From positions 1 through 25,099 of the IMG/VR virus record IMGVR_UViG_3300020216_000017: 25,099 bases of DNA, one strand, 5' to 3'. The notes under the pieces were generated by a model that saw only the letters and a list, made by a program, of their open reading frames with translations, had not been told where the DNA came from and did no database searches. Positions within the stretch are counted from its first letter, which is position 1. Each line of letters begins with the position of its first letter. The DNA is from a virus (Duplodnaviria; Caudoviricetes). Below, one piece after another: positions 8,801 through 16,283 of this stretch. The position numbers were made by a program, and so were the translations under genes.

Positions 8801-8813
8801 ACGGTTTTTTCAC
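5808..8813 (-). CDS. polA: Family A DNA polymerase with 3'-5' exonuclease and N-terminal UDG-like domain
   Basis: ExoI WDLET, ExoII GHNLKYD, ExoIII YASGD; motif A ADFSALEMR, motif B RQASKSVSFGLVYG, motif C TVHDS. N-terminal RPDIIIPTGNMGCKNLLG...ITKTRG is typical of UDG family-4-like folds. Uninterrupted; GTG start with AAAGGAG RBS. Confidence 0.95.
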   Translation of the reverse strand: MKKPLFLLEFIRENYVSNEKGQPKVKFKQSEAGKMLTSLLSRIEMTGRDYDIDFDYDEIPGAQKVNPRTGKIVKYKPIKISERKDHEERLKQRLLESRPDIIIPTGNMGCKNLLGIASITKTRGVPTKVKIAEDYEPWVLPMFSMEYYLTNPNIENLLTADVGTLGEYMKRGDEAFIPKEVDYELVTSIDRVREIFSYLRTNKPVSSWDLETNSLVPEALGAKPLIFSCSWEEAQGVTIPIEKREATWSKEELEEIYSLIKEYVADPEQTKVGHNLKYDIRFLMSTKGFQDFNSNMDTLIGYYLVVSQDVEDSKKLSDLAYELTDMGGYDEPLEEFKKEYTKKYVEQEKAKIDEQKEEKKKEIEEKYKEDLKEYKEQLKKAKEEGTNKPEKPVKEKMPKFPTKSSIKLTNEVDGGNFNYDWIPLELIHPYASGDTDCCLRVYHELKKRIEDNEKMYQQWCDFYPRLIKTLAHIESEGMEIDKDYSNVLIEQYTKEAERILGKIRELPETKQLEEEHMKLYQAGVKEWEKPPKERDEGMAKLRDKYNPEKDKIAFNPSSSVHKGKLLFKIKGFTLPYDKEHIKATPFGDGVQENELTWEDYKTDKKALAYILENYPEDSKLAELLTEYSKVNTLKNNFAVKLPRIASNKDGRVHGRYIPTGTSTSRLASKDPNAQQLPSHIGDPNRFDYHYPVKRMFTSRFSRGAILGADFSALEMRVLGLIARDEGMTNAFLNNEDLHTSTATIVFNKDAESITGDERQASKSVSFGLVYGESEASLAPKLGITKEEAEEIFRKYFKNKPNVKEFIDKTHDFVKKHGYVDTLQGHRRLIREAQSRDFSIINEGLRASVNTIIQGTGAYLTNLSLTYIDDYIREHNKRSRIIVTVHDSIELDVPEDEVEEMARVMKFVMENLPAPFLFIEWNGETIRYPIVTDVEIGTNYNDAVGYDPDDFKTFQSVKGYAKYYLDQEKIQDYLNYEKISEDKAEEALQKIQEAKPAYQKIR

Positions 8814-8855
8814 TCTCTTGTTCTCCTTTCTCTATTCTACATGGTTAACATTTCT

Positions 8856-8884
8856 ATTATAACTCAAAGTGCTACATTCGTCAA
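8856..8884 (-). promoter_or_regulatory. Sigma-A-type promoter for DNA polymerase
   Basis: TTGACG-17 nt-TATAAT. Confidence 0.85.
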
Positions 8885-8909
8885 GATAATAAAAAAAAGA
8901 AGAAAGGAG

Positions 8910-9221
8910 TTATTTTCCCTTCTTCTCATTATATGCATCAATTGCTTCTTTCAGTAAAGATAATTGGCTAAACTTTAGTATATACTTTTCTGGTTGGATG
9001 AAGTGTTCTTTGTTGAATCCATCCCAGGCTCGTTTTTCTTCTCTTTTATCTAAGTTAATTTTCCACCACTTGTGATTCTTAATAGAATACCCCTGAGATA
9101 TAGCACTACCTATTACCAAAGATTCATACTCTAATATCTCTTCAATATCTGAGATTTTATAACCTGTTTCTTGAGAAATCAAACGAGCAATATCTTTACG
9201 ATTTAACGTATTTTCACTCAT
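8910..9221 (-). CDS. HU/IHF-like DNA-binding protein
   Basis: 103 aa; LNRKDIARLISQETG N-terminal helices and a beta-arm region (KREEKRAWDGF...PEKYILKFS); directly upstream of polA, as in related phages. Confidence 0.8.
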   Translation of the reverse strand: MSENTLNRKDIARLISQETGYKISDIEEILEYESLVIGSAISQGYSIKNHKWWKINLDKREEKRAWDGFNKEHFIQPEKYILKFSQLSLLKEAIDAYNEKKGK

Positions 9222-9988
9222 TTGACTCTTCCTTTCTCCTTAGTTTCTAAGTAAGGTTTTCCTCGGTCTTTAGCAATAAGTTTTTCCATTTCTTTGACAT
9301 CTTCATCTGAGTCACATACAACCCAGATATTCATTGCCCAAATTGAAAGAGATGTTTGTATATATTTAAAGAATCGATATTTGTATAAAGCAGGTAATTC
9401 ATAGTGACCTTCTTTTTCATCTTCTACCCAAGTATAGTATCGCTTATGCCTTTCTTGGACTTCTTCTTTTCTTAACCAGGGGAAAGAAATTTGTACCCTG
9501 TCTACATTGGTTTTTAACGGATGTAAAGAAAATAATACATCATAAGGACTAATATCTGGAATTACAATGGGTAAATCAATCACAACTGGACAAGCAGAAA
9601 AACTCATTCGAATATTTTCTATTTCTTTTTTTGAATATTCTTTTTTCGCTTGATACATTGCTTCACTTGTTACATTTTTTGCTAAACTCTTTAACGTGTA
9701 GTAAGGAACAATACCCTCTGTATAATAGGTAACAGCACCTGCATGGTTTAAAATCTTAGCAACCACTGTATCATCTGTATACTTTTCTTGGTACACTATG
9801 TAAGACTTATTGTCTCTTTTAGGGATTCTTGGGGAAGATTCTTCTTCTAACTGATTCATTTCTTTTAGTATTTCATCTTCATTTAATCGTGTTACTTTTA
9901 CTTTATTCGAGATGTCTTCTCGTTTCATCAACCGAATATTAAAATATCGGTCTGTATTATATATGTTTAATCGTTTCTGTCTTGCCAT
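9218..9988 (-). CDS. Conserved phage hypothetical protein
   Basis: 256-aa ORF with AAAAGGAG RBS and ATGA overlap with the HU-like gene. Confidence 0.8.
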   Translation of the reverse strand: MARQKRLNIYNTDRYFNIRLMKREDISNKVKVTRLNEDEILKEMNQLEEESSPRIPKRDNKSYIVYQEKYTDDTVVAKILNHAGAVTYYTEGIVPYYTLKSLAKNVTSEAMYQAKKEYSKKEIENIRMSFSACPVVIDLPIVIPDISPYDVLFSLHPLKTNVDRVQISFPWLRKEEVQERHKRYYTWVEDEKEGHYELPALYKYRFFKYIQTSLSIWAMNIWVVCDSDEDVKEMEKLIAKDRGKPYLETKEKGRVK

Positions 9989-9995
9989 TTAAATA

Positions 9996-10062
9996 CTCCT
10001 TTTGTCTGACTTCTTAACTTAATTATACCATAACTGGCTAAGTTTACATCAGACAAAAGGAG
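9996..10062 (-). promoter_or_regulatory. 14-bp inverted repeat sequestering an RBS, with an extended -10 promoter (TGGTATAAT, 10022-10030) in the loop
   Basis: CTCCTTTTGTCTGA (10062-10049) is the exact complement of TCAGACAAAAGGAG (10009-9996), which contains the SD of the 256-aa gene. Confidence 0.75.
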
Positions 10063-10077
10063 AAAAATTTATACTAT

Positions 10078-10512
10078 TTAGTTGTCTTTTTCCATTGTGT
10101 CTACTAATTTTTCAAGGTCTAGGATTATGCTATCTAAACGACGAATCACTGAGTTACTTTCACCATTGACTAAGCTGTCAAATATACTTTCAACAAACAA
10201 GTAAGGCACTAAATCATATCCTTGTGCTAGGTCTTTAACAAAGTCGTTTACACTTACTTCAGCATTTACATGTTTTGTTTGCTCATAGTATGGAATATGG
10301 TTTCTAGCTCGATTTGCATACCATAAAGCTTTTTCAATATCCTCTTTACCTTTTTTAAAGGGTGCTCTAGCAACATATTTAACAACATTGCCAATGTGAT
10401 AAGCAATACTTTCAGGATAAATTAAGGTAACATTTTCAATAACATCTATTACTTCTACAGAACCTTGGTTATAATGATTTGGGTGGTTGACTACATCTTC
10501 TTTAGCTAGCAT
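10078..10512 (-). CDS. DUF3310 family protein (T7 gp1.7-like nucleotide kinase domain)
   Basis: DVVNHPNHYNQGSVEVID...GNVVKYVARAPFKKGKEDIEKALWY. Start reassigned to the ATG at 10512 behind GGAG. Confidence 0.8.
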   Translation of the reverse strand: MLAKEDVVNHPNHYNQGSVEVIDVIENVTLIYPESIAYHIGNVVKYVARAPFKKGKEDIEKALWYANRARNHIPYYEQTKHVNAEVSVNDFVKDLAQGYDLVPYLFVESIFDSLVNGESNSVIRRLDSIILDLEKLVDTMEKDN

Positions 10513-10846
10513 TAACTTCACTCTCCATAACTTGTTCATATTTTTCACTATTGAAATAGTTATCTAAATTTGTAATATGAATCTCGATAGTGCCCTTTTC
10601 TTGATTAGGTTCTACCTTTGTATTAGCTGGAAAATAAGATAAAGAAAGTACTCTGTATAAACAGTATAGAAAATTATTTACGTCATTTTCATCTTTTCCA
10701 TAGAAAGGGTCTTTTTCTAGGTTGCTAACGTGAACAGTATAATGATATTCGCTGGGGTTTTTATTCTCAATTTTCTCTGCAATATCTCTTATAACCATTC
10801 CTAATTGAAATATCTCATCTGTTTTAGCTTCTGCCATAATAATCAC
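10502..10846 (-). CDS. Hypothetical protein
   Basis: 114-aa ORF overlapping both neighbours; the start may instead be the ATG at 10837. Confidence 0.7.
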   Translation of the reverse strand: MIIMAEAKTDEIFQLGMVIRDIAEKIENKNPSEYHYTVHVSNLEKDPFYGKDENDVNNFLYCLYRVLSLSYFPANTKVEPNQEKGTIEIHITNLDNYFNSEKYEQVMESEVNAS

Positions 10847-11145
10847 TCTACCCTTTCATTAAATATAAAATATGTTGAAACTTCATCTTCTACTTCATCG
10901 ATAGCATCAGGTGTTAAACTTACAGGAAGTGTTCCTAGTTCCATTGTAACTCCTGCCGTTAAGTTAGAAATTTTTGGGTCGAAGTTTTCAATACTTATCT
11001 CGAATATATAAGTGTCTCCTCTGTTTACCCAATCTTCCTTGAAAGCTAAAACAACGGAGGCAAAACCTTCTAGCTCTCCTGTTAAAAATTTATTGCGGTA
11101 ACTATGAATCCTGCCTAATGCTTCTCTAAAACTTAGCTCTTCCAT
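10843..11145 (-). CDS. Hypothetical protein
   Basis: 100-aa acidic ORF with AGGAG RBS. Confidence 0.75.
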   Translation of the reverse strand: MEELSFREALGRIHSYRNKFLTGELEGFASVVLAFKEDWVNRGDTYIFEISIENFDPKISNLTAGVTMELGTLPVSLTPDAIDEVEDEVSTYFIFNERVE

Positions 11146-11155
11146 TCGTCTTCTC

Positions 11156-11800
11156 CTATATATTATCTAACATTTGTTCTACTGAATCTTCTTTAGTTAC
11201 ACTCTGGGCATCCCTAATACTTGTTGTCTCCCTTACTAAAGACTCTGTCCAGTCATAATTCTTAAAATGGTACTTAAAACAATCAGGTGCTTCGTCTTTT
11301 ATAGGATAGAAGCTTTTAATTGCTTCTAAGATTGTAGTAAAAGTCTTGTAACAGTGAGTATCTTTATAGTTATCTTCAAACTCAATATTTGAAACCATTA
11401 GAGGAAACTCTCGCTTTTCAATTTCTTTAATTAAGGATTCATTATAAGGCATAGTAACAAAAGATTTTGCTCGATTCCTTGAAAAGATAAGGATAGGAGT
11501 TTTATGTACTTCTTTGGCATCTCCTACTACTTGCGCCCACCAATTCTTGATGTCCTTATTATTTAAGAAGAGGTTTTCAATTGTCCAATCTTCATGCTTT
11601 TTGCACTCAATCACAAAGGGAAAATTAGCTTCTAAAGGAACCACTAAGTCACCAGCAACATTGTTACTACTTGACCAGTGTAACGCTCCAGAAGCTGGGC
11701 TGGAATGAAATTCATATCCCCACCAGCTTGTTAGTTCCTTTGCTATTTTTCTTTCAAAATCTTTTCCCTTTACCCGAGCGCCACGACCTGATGAAGCCAT
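11156..11800 (-). CDS. Holliday junction resolvase (Hjc-like PD-(D/E)XK nuclease)
   Basis: KGKDFERKIAKEL, SPASGA, GDLV, IECK, WWAQ...D; this position is typical for this phage group. Confidence 0.85.
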   Translation of the reverse strand: MASSGRGARVKGKDFERKIAKELTSWWGYEFHSSPASGALHWSSSNNVAGDLVVPLEANFPFVIECKKHEDWTIENLFLNNKDIKNWWAQVVGDAKEVHKTPILIFSRNRAKSFVTMPYNESLIKEIEKREFPLMVSNIEFEDNYKDTHCYKTFTTILEAIKSFYPIKDEAPDCFKYHFKNYDWTESLVRETTSIRDAQSVTKEDSVEQMLDNI

Positions 11801-12321
11801 TACTTCTCATCCTTATTTTCTTTAACTTCTTCCATACTTACAACATCCGCTTTTTCAACTTCTGGGCTTTTATCTTTTTGTTTTTCAGCGTCTTCTTTAG
11901 TCATTTTCTTTTCATTTTCTTCTGAGGGAATACTATTGCTATCTTCTGGCTTACCCTTCTTTTCTTTTTCTTCTTTTAACTTTTTAGAATACTCTTCAAT
12001 TTGTTCTTTCAAATCTTCCATTTCTTCGTCATACTCAGCTTTAGCTTCTTTCCGCATTTCCTCTGTAGCCCCTAGACGAGTAACTAAACGGTCTAATATT
12101 GCATTTTGTTCAATAATATGGGAAATATACCCATCATTGCGTCGAGACATAAAGTCTACAATTTGTGCAACATCTGCTAAATTTACTTGACGTTTAGCTA
12201 ATCTTGCCAATTGTTTTTGGTGTTCCTCGTCTTTCACCTTTCCTGTAGATAAATACTCTGTCCATATCTTCATATCTTCGTCTGATAATTCATTTTCTAC
12301 CCGTTTTGGCTGTTTACTCAT
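11800..12321 (-). CDS. Conserved phage hypothetical protein with charged C-terminus
   Basis: ORF with GAGGAG RBS 7 nt before the ATG at 12321; TAATG overlap with the resolvase start. Confidence 0.75.
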   Translation of the reverse strand: MSKQPKRVENELSDEDMKIWTEYLSTGKVKDEEHQKQLARLAKRQVNLADVAQIVDFMSRRNDGYISHIIEQNAILDRLVTRLGATEEMRKEAKAEYDEEMEDLKEQIEEYSKKLKEEKEKKGKPEDSNSIPSEENEKKMTKEDAEKQKDKSPEVEKADVVSMEEVKENKDEK

Positions 12322-12655
12322 TTTCATTCTCCTCTGTTATTTCATCGATTTTTTCTAACTTATTTAGTAGTTCTTCATATTCTTCTTCATCTTGATACAC
12401 CACATCACCAGATGAATAATGCACAACATGATAAGGTCTTAAATACTCAGTTAATAAGTTTATCTTTTTATTTTCTCGTTCAATTTCATCTTGGTAATCA
12501 AGCAATACGTTAGATACAATATCTTTTAAAGCATTATCTAGCTCTGCATAGCTTGGTTTATTCTTCCCGTAGTCCTCTTCTAATTGCTGAATAGATTCAA
12601 AGTCTTCTTTTGACCATAAGTCACTCATCTTATTAAAATATTCAGTGAAATTCAT
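12314..12655 (-). CDS. Hypothetical acidic protein
   Basis: 113-aa ORF overlapping both neighbours. Confidence 0.75.
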   Translation of the reverse strand: MNFTEYFNKMSDLWSKEDFESIQQLEEDYGKNKPSYAELDNALKDIVSNVLLDYQDEIERENKKINLLTEYLRPYHVVHYSSGDVVYQDEEEYEELLNKLEKIDEITEENENE

Positions 12656-12891
12656 TTATCTACTTCCTTTACTCTAAAGTGGTACTCCTCTGTTTCAGGG
12701 TCATAATCTTCCTTTTCAATACTTATAGGCGTGTAAAAAGACTTTTTAATTAACTCTTCTAGTTTTTCCATACTTGTTTCTTTATAGTAAGGCTTTAATT
12801 GAAAGGTAATACTTGACTCGTCTTTTCCATCTGTTCCTAAGGAGTAATACATAGCAATCAAGCTAAGAGGGTAAGTCGGAAACTGAAGCAT
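12652..12891 (-). CDS. Hypothetical protein
   Basis: 79-aa ORF; TAATG overlap with the dUTPase stop and ATGA overlap downstream. Confidence 0.65.
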   Translation of the reverse strand: MLQFPTYPLSLIAMYYSLGTDGKDESSITFQLKPYYKETSMEKLEELIKKSFYTPISIEKEDYDPETEEYHFRVKEVDK

Positions 12892-13583
12892 TAGTAAGCC
12901 CCGCTAGAACCATACCCATCAGTGCCTCTCACAGACGCAGGAAGATCATCGTTTTCTATCCACTGGGTATCTTTACGTTCAATTAAGTAAGCTTGCGCTA
13001 TACGGATTCCCTTAGGCAGAAAGAGAGTTCCGCTAGGTACAAAAGGGCTACCACTTCTATTTTTACTAGTAAAATATTCTTCATAAAGGGAATTAGCAGC
13101 ATTCTTTCCAAAAAGAACACCTAAATCATGAATCAAATTATTTAATTCTTCTATATATGAATCATATACTTTATTAGGACTATTTTCAAAGAATTCTTTT
13201 GTATCTAAAGAAGTTAGACTTCCTGTCTCATCAATAGTCAATATATTAGAAGCAGTATTGGCTAACCCAAAACTTAAGGTACTTCTTAAAGGAAACCCTA
13301 TATCCCCTCGATATTCCCCCTCAATTAGCCCTGTACTATTTGCCAGCATAACAGGGTACTTCATAATCCCAGAACGCGGGCTAATAAACAACCCATATTT
13401 CGTTGCGTCAAAAGCTGTATGGATACCACTAGGAACGACTGTTGCTTTTATTCTATTAGGAAGAATAAAAGCATCTTCATTTGTATACATATCATGAGCA
13501 ATATCTGAGCTTCTACCTCTATTGGGCTCTTTTGCACCTTTATCCTTTTTAAAGTAAACTAGAGGCTTTTCTTTTATATCCAT
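12891..13583 (-). CDS. dut: Trimeric dUTPase-family protein with long insertion
   Basis: Motif II SPRSG, motif III GLIEGEYRG, motif IV RIAQ, motif V RGTDGYGSSG. Confidence 0.85.
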   Translation of the reverse strand: MDIKEKPLVYFKKDKGAKEPNRGRSSDIAHDMYTNEDAFILPNRIKATVVPSGIHTAFDATKYGLFISPRSGIMKYPVMLANSTGLIEGEYRGDIGFPLRSTLSFGLANTASNILTIDETGSLTSLDTKEFFENSPNKVYDSYIEELNNLIHDLGVLFGKNAANSLYEEYFTSKNRSGSPFVPSGTLFLPKGIRIAQAYLIERKDTQWIENDDLPASVRGTDGYGSSGAY

Positions 13584-13596
13584 TATATAAGCCCCC

Positions 13597-13827
13597 TTAA
13601 TATTTATCGTTTAACTTTGCATATATAGTGTCTAATCGTTCTTTGACTCGTTTGTATCGGTAGCTATTTCTAACTTCTTTTAACTGGTTGTCTATGAACA
13701 TGATTACTACCATTGCCACTAATGCAAAAAAGTAACCACCTGTTATTAAATAGTAAAGCATAAGTAGTATTTCTATAATGTAAGCTGTTATCCATATCCA
13801 GGATTCAATTTTGTGTTGTTTGTCCAT
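13597..13827 (-). CDS. Small membrane protein (two transmembrane helices)
   Basis: 76 aa with a hydrophobic N-terminal half and basic tail; AGAGGGG RBS; abuts the methyltransferase stop. Confidence 0.7.
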   Translation of the reverse strand: MDKQHKIESWIWITAYIIEILLMLYYLITGGYFFALVAMVVIMFIDNQLKEVRNSYRYKRVKERLDTIYAKLNDKY

Positions 13828-15204
13828 CTAATTATCCCCTCTTTTAATAAACATGTTGCCAAATATTTTCTCTAATACAGGAACAACAATTGAGTTACCT
13901 GCCTGTTTATACAACTGGGTATTACTATTCACTTCCTGTGCTTTTTTAAACGCCCAATCAGGGAACCCCATAAGCCTCCAACATTCTTTAGGAGTCAGCT
14001 TTCGTATAGTAAAGTTAGGGTTCACCACATAGTTGTCTTTCTGTACAGATGTTACTGTGTTAGAAGTTCCTTGTTTATTTAACTCCAATACTTGCTTAGT
14101 AGGAGCACCTACAGTTCTATCAGAGGAGTTCCGAGGATTTCTACCTCTAGAAGCGCCAATTACAGGCATAGGTACATGACCGCCTCCCTACCCCATAGCG
14201 CTTGTTAATGTTGGTGTGTAACTTCCGTCAGTTACAGCTGCATTTTTCTGGGTGCTTCCAATAACGCTAAAGACATCTCTATCTTTACTCTCTGAATCAT
14301 CTAATTGAGCAATTTTAGGCTGTCTATTTCCGCCTTGCATAGTATTCAGAGAAGGAGATACACCTTCTTCACTATATACTCTGCTTAATTGGTCGTTACT
14401 CCAACCGCTTATTTTACCAACTACACCAATTTGTTTGGGTTGTTTGTAATCTGTACTTATTAATGCGCTCATCACACCTTCATCACTATAAACAACATCA
14501 CGTTGCCCCATTCTTGTATTTTCTTCGCCTTTCGTCGTTCCCAATGTTTTAATAGCGTTTCTAAAATTCTTGTTTTCCACAAACCGATCTTGTAATTTTT
14601 GGCTTAGGTAATATTTATCTTCCACGTCTTTTTCGAGTACATCTTTTAATTTCGTTTGTAGGGAAACTTTCTCGGGGAATGTGTACTCTATACCTTCCCC
14701 CAAAACAGATACAACAAAAACTCGCTCTCTATTTTGGGGAACACCATAATCTTTGGCGTTTAAAATTTGCCAATAGTTCGTATATCCTTGCGTTTCTAGC
14801 CAAGTTAGCCACTCATCAAAATAAGGCTTGAATTTCTTTCCCACAAGGTTTTTGACGTTTTCTAAAAGCAAATACTTCGGTCTTTTGTGATGAATTACTC
14901 GCTCGCACTCCCATAGTAAACTACTAGCTGTTCCGCTTCCTTTTTCCATGCCTTTTCGTCTTCCAGCCACTGATAAATCAGTACAAGGAAACGAATAGGT
15001 AAACAAATCGTGGTCAGGGATGTCTTCTACATTTAATTTAGAAATATCGCCTAAGTTGTTAGTTTCTCCCCAAATTGCTTCATAACTCTTAATCGCAAAT
15101 TTATCTATCTCCGAAATAGCTACTACTTAATGCTCCACCCCTAAGTTATATAAAGCCATACGTTGGGCGCCTATTCCCGAGAACGCTTCAAATACTCTTA
15201 GCAT
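13828..15204 (-). pseudogene. C5-cytosine DNA methyltransferase, multispecific-type, with two in-frame nonsense codons (TAA 15127-15129; TAG 14188-14190)
   Basis: One frame from ATG 15204 (AAGGAG RBS): motif I FEAFSGIG, SEID, GDI, motif IV FPCTDLS, motif VI ENV, motif VIII PQNRERVF, variable region, motif IX RKLTPKECWRLMGF, motif X YKQAGNSI. Confidence 0.9.
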
Positions 15205-16270
15205 TTACTTCTCCTTCTTTCGTTAACATCATTTTTAGAATACCTTGGCTATCTGCTAAGACTGAGTACTGATTTATAATTCTCCAAGTATCTCGTTTTC
15301 CAAGGTCATTTGCATCTTTACCTGTTGGGTTAATTGTGATATACGTATTCTCATGAATATTGTATAATTTTTTGGCTAGTTTACCAATTTCATTTTTAGC
15401 ATCCATATCCAACATAATATAAATTTTTTGGTCTTTAGTTAAATCCTTTGTTATTAAATGGATTTGTTGGTTGGTTACTTGCTTTCCAAAAGTACCTACA
15501 CCCGATTTTCCAACCGTTAAAGCATCAGGCACACCTTCAGTTATAACTAGTTTATCTTCATGCTTTGCTTGGTTTAAGTTAAACACGACAGTCTTTTTTG
15601 AGTAATTTTCATTAGTTCCGGGTGCGTTAATTGATTTAAATTTAGTATCCTCAATCGCTCTAGTATTCCAATACTGCATGTGACCTTTATCATCATGAGT
15701 TAAAAAGACTAAATGGTTATGCAAATGGACTTGCTTTCCACTTGGTAAAGGTACCCAACTATCCGTAACATAACCAATATTGTGCTTATAAATATCTTCA
15801 AGGGTAAAGCCTCGAGATTTAGCATAGAATAAAAACGGGTACGCCTCCGGATTTCTTAAATTTTGACTTAATAATTTAAACCCATAAGGTAAAGGAGGCG
15901 GTGTAAGCTTTACCTCACTTTCTTCTTCCTCCTGTTTTTTATCATTCATAAGTAAAAGCATAAGATATTCTTCGTCTGTTAAACTATCATCTTTAGGTAC
16001 AATCTTTGTATTATCTAATGTGTAATCGTATTCTGCAAGTATTTCTTTTGCTTCTTGGAAACCTACATGGTAGTATTTCATAACAAAAGATACAGGATTT
16101 CCTTGCTCTCCACAACGAAAGCAATGCCATAACCCATACCGTTTATCATTACCTACATGTAAGTAAAACTTATGCTTATTGTTTGGTTCACAAAAAGGGC
16201 AATTGTACTTATACTCTTCATCAGATATACTAGGGTACCCTAACTCATCATTTAAAAGGTCTTCAAACAT
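15188..16270 (-). CDS. dnaG: DNA primase (CHC2-type zinc finger + TOPRIM)
   Basis: CPFC...HCFRC zinc-binding domain; TOPRIM TEGVPDA and LDMDA; KDAND. Confidence 0.92.
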   Translation of the reverse strand: MFEDLLNDELGYPSISDEEYKYNCPFCEPNNKHKFYLHVGNDKRYGLWHCFRCGEQGNPVSFVMKYYHVGFQEAKEILAEYDYTLDNTKIVPKDDSLTDEEYLMLLLMNDKKQEEEESEVKLTPPPLPYGFKLLSQNLRNPEAYPFLFYAKSRGFTLEDIYKHNIGYVTDSWVPLPSGKQVHLHNHLVFLTHDDKGHMQYWNTRAIEDTKFKSINAPGTNENYSKKTVVFNLNQAKHEDKLVITEGVPDALTVGKSGVGTFGKQVTNQQIHLITKDLTKDQKIYIMLDMDAKNEIGKLAKKLYNIHENTYITINPTGKDANDLGKRDTWRIINQYSVLADSQGILKMMLTKEGEVNAKSI

Positions 16271-16283
16271 CTTATACTTCCTC

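Noticed and set aside
5808-8813. Group I intron or intein in polA (or in recA and the helicases)
   Set aside because: The ORFs are continuous with normal motif spacing; no intein termini or interruptions are seen.
13828-15006. Treating the 272-aa and 113-aa ORFs as a natural two-subunit methyltransferase
   Set aside because: The 272-aa ORF lacks motifs I-III, which lie upstream in the same frame with motif I cut off by the TAA, so a broken single gene is the simpler reading.
13828-15204. Genome-wide stop-codon reassignment as an explanation for the methyltransferase stops
   Set aside because: Two different stops (TAA and TAG) are involved, and both terminate normal genes in this window (recA, sbcC, sbcD and dnaB end in TAG; polA ends in TAA).
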